From positions 6,935 to 70,934 of the forward strand of contig CBIHPH010000004.1 of NCBI GenBank assembly GCA_966212105.1: a stretch of 64,000 nucleotides of DNA, written 5' to 3'. The notes under the pieces were generated by a model. It saw only the letters and a list, made by a program, of their open reading frames with translations, made no database searches and was not told the DNA's origin. Of this stretch, positions 60,031 to 64,000 are shown one piece after another (the stretch's first letter is position 1; every line of letters starts with the position of its first letter). Made by a program: the position numbers and the translations under genes. Source of the stretch: an uncultured Rhizobacter sp. GTDB taxonomy: Bacteria > Pseudomonadota > Gammaproteobacteria > Burkholderiales > Burkholderiaceae_C.

Positions 60031-61100
60031 CGATGCGCATCGCGTTGATCGGTGACGGTCAAAGCCCCCACCTCCTCAAATGGGCCCGCGCGCTGACCGC
60101 CGCGCCGGGAGTTTCGCTGTGGGTGGCTTCGAGCCGGGGCTTCCTGCCGGCCTTCGATGCTCTCGTGCCGACGGAACGGCGACTGGCGCTCGGCACGGAG
60201 GTTCATCATGCCGGCGGCAACGTGGGCGTGTTGCGGTCGCTGCCGCAGCTCGGGCGGTGGTTGCGCCAGGTGGATGCCGACTGGCTCAACGCCCACTACC
60301 TCACCTCGCATGGCACGCTGGCCTGGCTGGCCAAGCGCCTGTGGAGATTGCGCGGGCGCATCGTCGGATCGGCCTGGGGCAGCGACATCCTCGTCACCCC
60401 GCAGCAGTCGGCCCTCTACCGCACACTCACGCGCCGGGTGCTGCGCGCCTGCACGCTGTGCACGAGCGATTCGATGCACATGACGGCCCGCATGCGCGCG
60501 CTGGGTGCGGGCGAGGTGATGACGTTTCCCTTCGGCCTGGAGGCACTGCCCCCTGTACCTGGCGAGAAGGTGCCCTGGCTCTTCTTCGCGAACCGCGGCC
60601 TGGAGCCTCTCTACCGGCCTGACCGTGTGCTGACCTTGTTCGCGCGGGTGCTGTCCGAGCGCCCGGAGGCCCGGCTCGTGGTGGCCAACGAAGGCTCGTT
60701 GCGCAAGCAGCTCGAATCTCAGGCGCAGGCGCTCGGTGTGGCGCATGCGGTCGAGTTCGTGGGCCGCCTGGAGGCGGCGAAGCAGGCCGAATGGTACGGC
60801 CGCGCACAGTGGTACGTGAGCCTGCCGGCCAGCGATTCCGTGGCCGTGTCGGTGCTCGAGGCCATGGCCCACGGATGCATCCCGCTGTTGAGTGATTTGC
60901 CCGCCAACCGCGAACTGGTGCGCGACGGCGACAACGGCCGCATCGTCGACGATGCCGTCGATGCGGCGGCGCTGCAGGCTTTGCTGCCACGCGGTGCCGC
61001 GATCGCCGAGGCCAACCGCGCCTGGGTGGCGCAACACGCATTGTTCCCGCCGGCGGTGGGCCGGCTGCTCGATCGTCTCCAAGGGTGGCCTGCCGCATGA
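60027..61100 (+). CDS. GT4-family glycosyltransferase
   Basis: NAHY, AWGSDIL and SVLEAMAHGCIPLLSDLPAN. Confidence 0.87.
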   Translation: MTMRIALIGDGQSPHLLKWARALTAAPGVSLWVASSRGFLPAFDALVPTERRLALGTEVHHAGGNVGVLRSLPQLGRWLRQVDADWLNAHYLTSHGTLAWLAKRLWRLRGRIVGSAWGSDILVTPQQSALYRTLTRRVLRACTLCTSDSMHMTARMRALGAGEVMTFPFGLEALPPVPGEKVPWLFFANRGLEPLYRPDRVLTLFARVLSERPEARLVVANEGSLRKQLESQAQALGVAHAVEFVGRLEAAKQAEWYGRAQWYVSLPASDSVAVSVLEAMAHGCIPLLSDLPANRELVRDGDNGRIVDDAVDAAALQALLPRGAAIAEANRAWVAQHALFPPAVGRLLDRLQGWPAA

Positions 61101-62326
61101 ACATCCTGCTCCTCAATCACTACGCCGGCTCGCCCCGGCATGGCATGGAGTTCCGGCCGTACTACCTGGCGCGCGAATGGGTGCGCGCCGGCCACAAGGT
61201 TCAGATCGTCGCGGCGGCGTATTCGCATGTGCGCTCGCGCCAGCCCGAAGTGGGCGACACCCCGGTGGACGAAGCCATCGACGGCATCGCCTACCGCTGG
61301 TGGCCTGCCCCTCGCTACACCGGCAACGGCCTGGGCCGGGTGCGGAACATCGCCACGTTCCTGTGGCAGGTGTGGCGCGATGCGCCCCGGCTGGTGTCCG
61401 CCTGCCGGCCCGACGTAGTCATCGCTTCGAGCACGTACCCGATGGACATCTGGGTGGCGCGCCGCCTGGCCCGGCTCGCCCGCGCGAAACTCGTCTACGA
61501 GGTGCATGACCTGTGGCCCGCGTCCCCCATGGAGCTGTCCGGCCTGTCCAGGCACCATCCGTTCATCATGCTGTGCCAGAAAGCCGAGGACGATGCCTAC
61601 CGCGATGCCGACGTGGTGGTGTCCATGCTGCCGAAGGTTGCAGGCCACATGGCTGCGCACGGCCTCGACCTGAAGAAGCTGCACATCGTGCCCAACGGCA
61701 TCTCGCCGGAAGAATGGACCGGCGAGCCGGCGCCGCTCGATGCCGGTATCCGGGAACACATCGCGCGCGAACGCGCCAGGGGGCGCACGGTGGTGGGTTA
61801 CGCCGGTTCACATGGCGAGCCCAACGCGCTCGATGTGCTGCTCGACGCCGCCGCAGGCCTGCGTGGTGATGCCCTGTCGATCGTGATGGTGGGCGACGGC
61901 CACCTGAAGCAGCAGCTGGCAGCGCGGGTGCAGTCCGAAGGCCTTGCGAACGTGGCGATGTTTCCGCCCATCCCGAAGGCCCAGATTCCGGCGTTGCTGG
62001 GCGAATTCGACATCGCCTACATCGGCTGGCAGCGCGTGCCGCTGTACCGCTTCGGCATCGCACCCAACAAGCTGATGGATTACATGATGGCCGGACGGGC
62101 CGTGCTGCATTCGGTCGAGGCGGGCAACGATCCGGTGGCCGAGGCGGGCTGCGGGCTCACGGTGGTGCCCGAATCGGCGCCGGCGGTGATCGAAGGGCTG
62201 CGCCGGCTGGCCGCGCTGACCCCGGCCCAGCGGGCAGCGATGGGTGAGCGTGGCCGGGCGTTCGTCCAGGCGAACCACACGTACCCCGTGCTCGCCGCAC
62301 GTTTCCTCCAGGCGGTGCAGGCATGA
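61097..62326 (+). CDS. GT4-family glycosyltransferase (WbuB/WlbE-like)
   Basis: NHYAGSP, YEVHDLWP, VPNGI, GYAGSHG and PNKLMDYM. Confidence 0.88.
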   Translation: MNILLLNHYAGSPRHGMEFRPYYLAREWVRAGHKVQIVAAAYSHVRSRQPEVGDTPVDEAIDGIAYRWWPAPRYTGNGLGRVRNIATFLWQVWRDAPRLVSACRPDVVIASSTYPMDIWVARRLARLARAKLVYEVHDLWPASPMELSGLSRHHPFIMLCQKAEDDAYRDADVVVSMLPKVAGHMAAHGLDLKKLHIVPNGISPEEWTGEPAPLDAGIREHIARERARGRTVVGYAGSHGEPNALDVLLDAAAGLRGDALSIVMVGDGHLKQQLAARVQSEGLANVAMFPPIPKAQIPALLGEFDIAYIGWQRVPLYRFGIAPNKLMDYMMAGRAVLHSVEAGNDPVAEAGCGLTVVPESAPAVIEGLRRLAALTPAQRAAMGERGRAFVQANHTYPVLAARFLQAVQA

Positions 62327-63006
62327 ACGAACCGCGCGCGGTTGCCGAACGCTACGCCCGCCGTGCCGCGGACGACCGCTACAGCCTGATGCGCCCCGAC
62401 GTATGGCACACCGTGCAGGAACGCCAGCGCGCCATGCTGCGGTTGTTCGCCCAGCAGGGGCTGAACGATCTGTCGGCCGTGCGCCTGATGGAAGTGGGCT
62501 GCGGCGCGGGTGGCAACCTGCTGGAGCTGCTGAGGGCCGGTGTGCGGCCGGAGCACCTGAGCGGCGTGGAGCTGCTGCCCGACCGCGTCGAGGCGGCGCG
62601 CGCCGTGCTGCCGCCCACCGTGGTCTTGCACCTGGGCGACGCCCTTGCGCTGGACGTGCCTCCGGCGTCGCTCGACATCGTGTTCGTCTCCACCGTGTTC
62701 TCATCGCTGCTCGACGACGTCTTCCAGCAGCGGCTGGCCGAAGCCCTGTGGCGCTGGCTGCGCCCGGGCGGCGCCGTGCTCTGGTACGACTTCACCGTGA
62801 ACAACCCCCGCAACCCCGATGTGCGGGGCGTGCCGCTCTCCCGCGTCCGCGCACTGTTCCCGCACGGCCGGGTCACGGCATCCCGCCTGACCCTTGCGCC
62901 GCCCATCGCGCGTGCCGTCACCCGGTTCCATCCCTCGCTCTACACTCTCTTCAACATCCTGCCGCTGCTGCGCACCCACGTGCTGTGCTGGATCGCCAAA
63001 GCCTGA
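62323..63006 (+). CDS. Class I SAM-dependent methyltransferase
   Basis: MEVGCGAGG motif I, GDA, and LRPGGAVLWYDF. Confidence 0.85.
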   Translation: MNEPRAVAERYARRAADDRYSLMRPDVWHTVQERQRAMLRLFAQQGLNDLSAVRLMEVGCGAGGNLLELLRAGVRPEHLSGVELLPDRVEAARAVLPPTVVLHLGDALALDVPPASLDIVFVSTVFSSLLDDVFQQRLAEALWRWLRPGGAVLWYDFTVNNPRNPDVRGVPLSRVRALFPHGRVTASRLTLAPPIARAVTRFHPSLYTLFNILPLLRTHVLCWIAKA

Positions 63007-63009
63007 ACC

Positions 63010-64000
63010 ATGTCCGCTGATCTCCCTTTCCTGCCCTTCGCGTTGCCCGACATCGGCGACGAAGACATCGCCGAAGTCGTCGACACCCTCAAGTCCGGCT
63101 GGATCACCACCGGTCCCAAGACACGCCGTTTCGAATCCGACTTCACCGCCTTCCTCGGTGATCCCTCGCTGCATTCGATGGCCGTCAATTCGGCCACCGC
63201 GGGGCTTCATCTCGCGCTCGAGGCGCTCGGCATCGGCCCGGGCGACGAAGTCATCACCACCACCCACACCTTCACCGCCACCGCCGAAGTGGTGCGGTAC
63301 CTGGGGGCCGACGTGGTGCTGGTCGATGTGGACCCCTCCACGCTGTGCATCGACGTGGCGGCCGTGGAAGCCGCGATCACGCCGCGCACCAAGGCCGTGA
63401 TCCCCGTGCATTACGCAGGTCTCGCCGCCGACATGCCTGCGCTGCTGGCGCTGGCCCGAAAGCACGGCCTGCGCGTCGTGGAAGACGCCGCACACGCCCT
63501 GCCCACCACCAGTTCAGGACGGCTCATCGGCACGCTCGACTCCGACGTCTCGGTGTTCAGCTTCTACGCGAACAAGACCATCACCACGGGCGAGGGCGGC
63601 ATGGTCGTCACGCGGGATGCGGCCCTGGCCAAGCGCATCCAGGTCATGCGCCTGCACGGCATCAGCCGCGACGCCTTCGACCGCTTCCAGTCCAAGACCC
63701 CCAGCTGGTACTACGAGGTCATTGCGCCCGGGTTCAAGTACAACCTGACCGACATCGCCTCGGCGCTCGGCATCCATCAGCTGAAGAAGGCCCGGCAGTT
63801 CCAGCAGCGGCGTGCCCACCTGGCCGCGCTGTACGACGCGGCGCTCGCGGATTTGCCGCTCGTGCTGCCGCCCCACGCGCCGGCTGGAGACACCCACGCC
63901 TGGCATTTGTATGTCCTGCGACTCGCCGACAGCGTGGCCCTGTCCCGCGACACGGTGATCGAACGGATGTTCGCCGCCGGCATCGGCTGCAGCGTGCACT
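63010..64000 (+). CDS. DegT/DnrJ/EryC1/StrS aminotransferase, WlbF-like (runs off the window)
   Basis: Manual translation: [16 protein letters not shown]...SGWITTGPK...[16 protein letters not shown]...PVHYAG...EDAAHA...[16 protein letters not shown]. Confidence 0.92.
   Translation, partial: MSADLPFLPFALPDIGDEDIAEVVDTLKSGWITTGPKTRRFESDFTAFLGDPSLHSMAVNSATAGLHLALEALGIGPGDEVITTTHTFTATAEVVRYLGADVVLVDVDPSTLCIDVAAVEAAITPRTKAVIPVHYAGLAADMPALLALARKHGLRVVEDAAHALPTTSSGRLIGTLDSDVSVFSFYANKTITTGEGGMVVTRDAALAKRIQVMRLHGISRDAFDRFQSKTPSWYYEVIAPGFKYNLTDIASALGIHQLKKARQFQQRRAHLAALYDAALADLPLVLPPHAPAGDTHAWHLYVLRLADSVALSRDTVIERMFAAGIGCSVH

Overview
High-GC chromosomal window; gene content and order suggest a betaproteobacterium of the Burkholderiales (inference). 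It has four parts. (1) 1-16227, core genes: prs (runs off the left edge), tRNA-Gln, ispE, lolB, a TPR protein, mutM, a dynamin-like GTPase, mutY, a lipoprotein, a 106-bp-period REP-doublet array, a LON-domain protein, rapZ, recN, nadK, hrcA and tRNA-Ile2. (2) About 16230-42700, an accessory patchwork downstream of tRNA-Ile2 with no visible integrase: small hypotheticals, a decayed partial duplicate of a neighbouring 592-aa unknown gene, a VOC-gene remnant, a LysR/tartrate-D-malate dehydrogenase/Bug module, a ~1970-aa DUF4011-helicase-nuclease (Hhe-like defence candidate), USP/Rnk genes, a Wsp-like chemosensory operon ending in a triple-receiver histidine kinase, and an exported creatininase/beta-propeller pair. 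(3) 42796-55348: ychF, hybrid kinase, AsmA, UbiH-family hydroxylase, dsbC, M61 peptidase, DUF3108, a small GIY-YIG nuclease followed by REP doublets, and lysS. (4) 55466 to the end: a wbpB/D/E-type surface polysaccharide cluster. The most notable signal is a family of GTCA-tagged hairpin repeats, usually as 62-bp heterodimeric doublets, at four loci. One cluster abuts a stand-alone GIY-YIG nuclease rather than a RAYT transposase, which makes it a candidate REP/GIY-YIG system. All annotations come from motif recognition by eye; no database searches were run.
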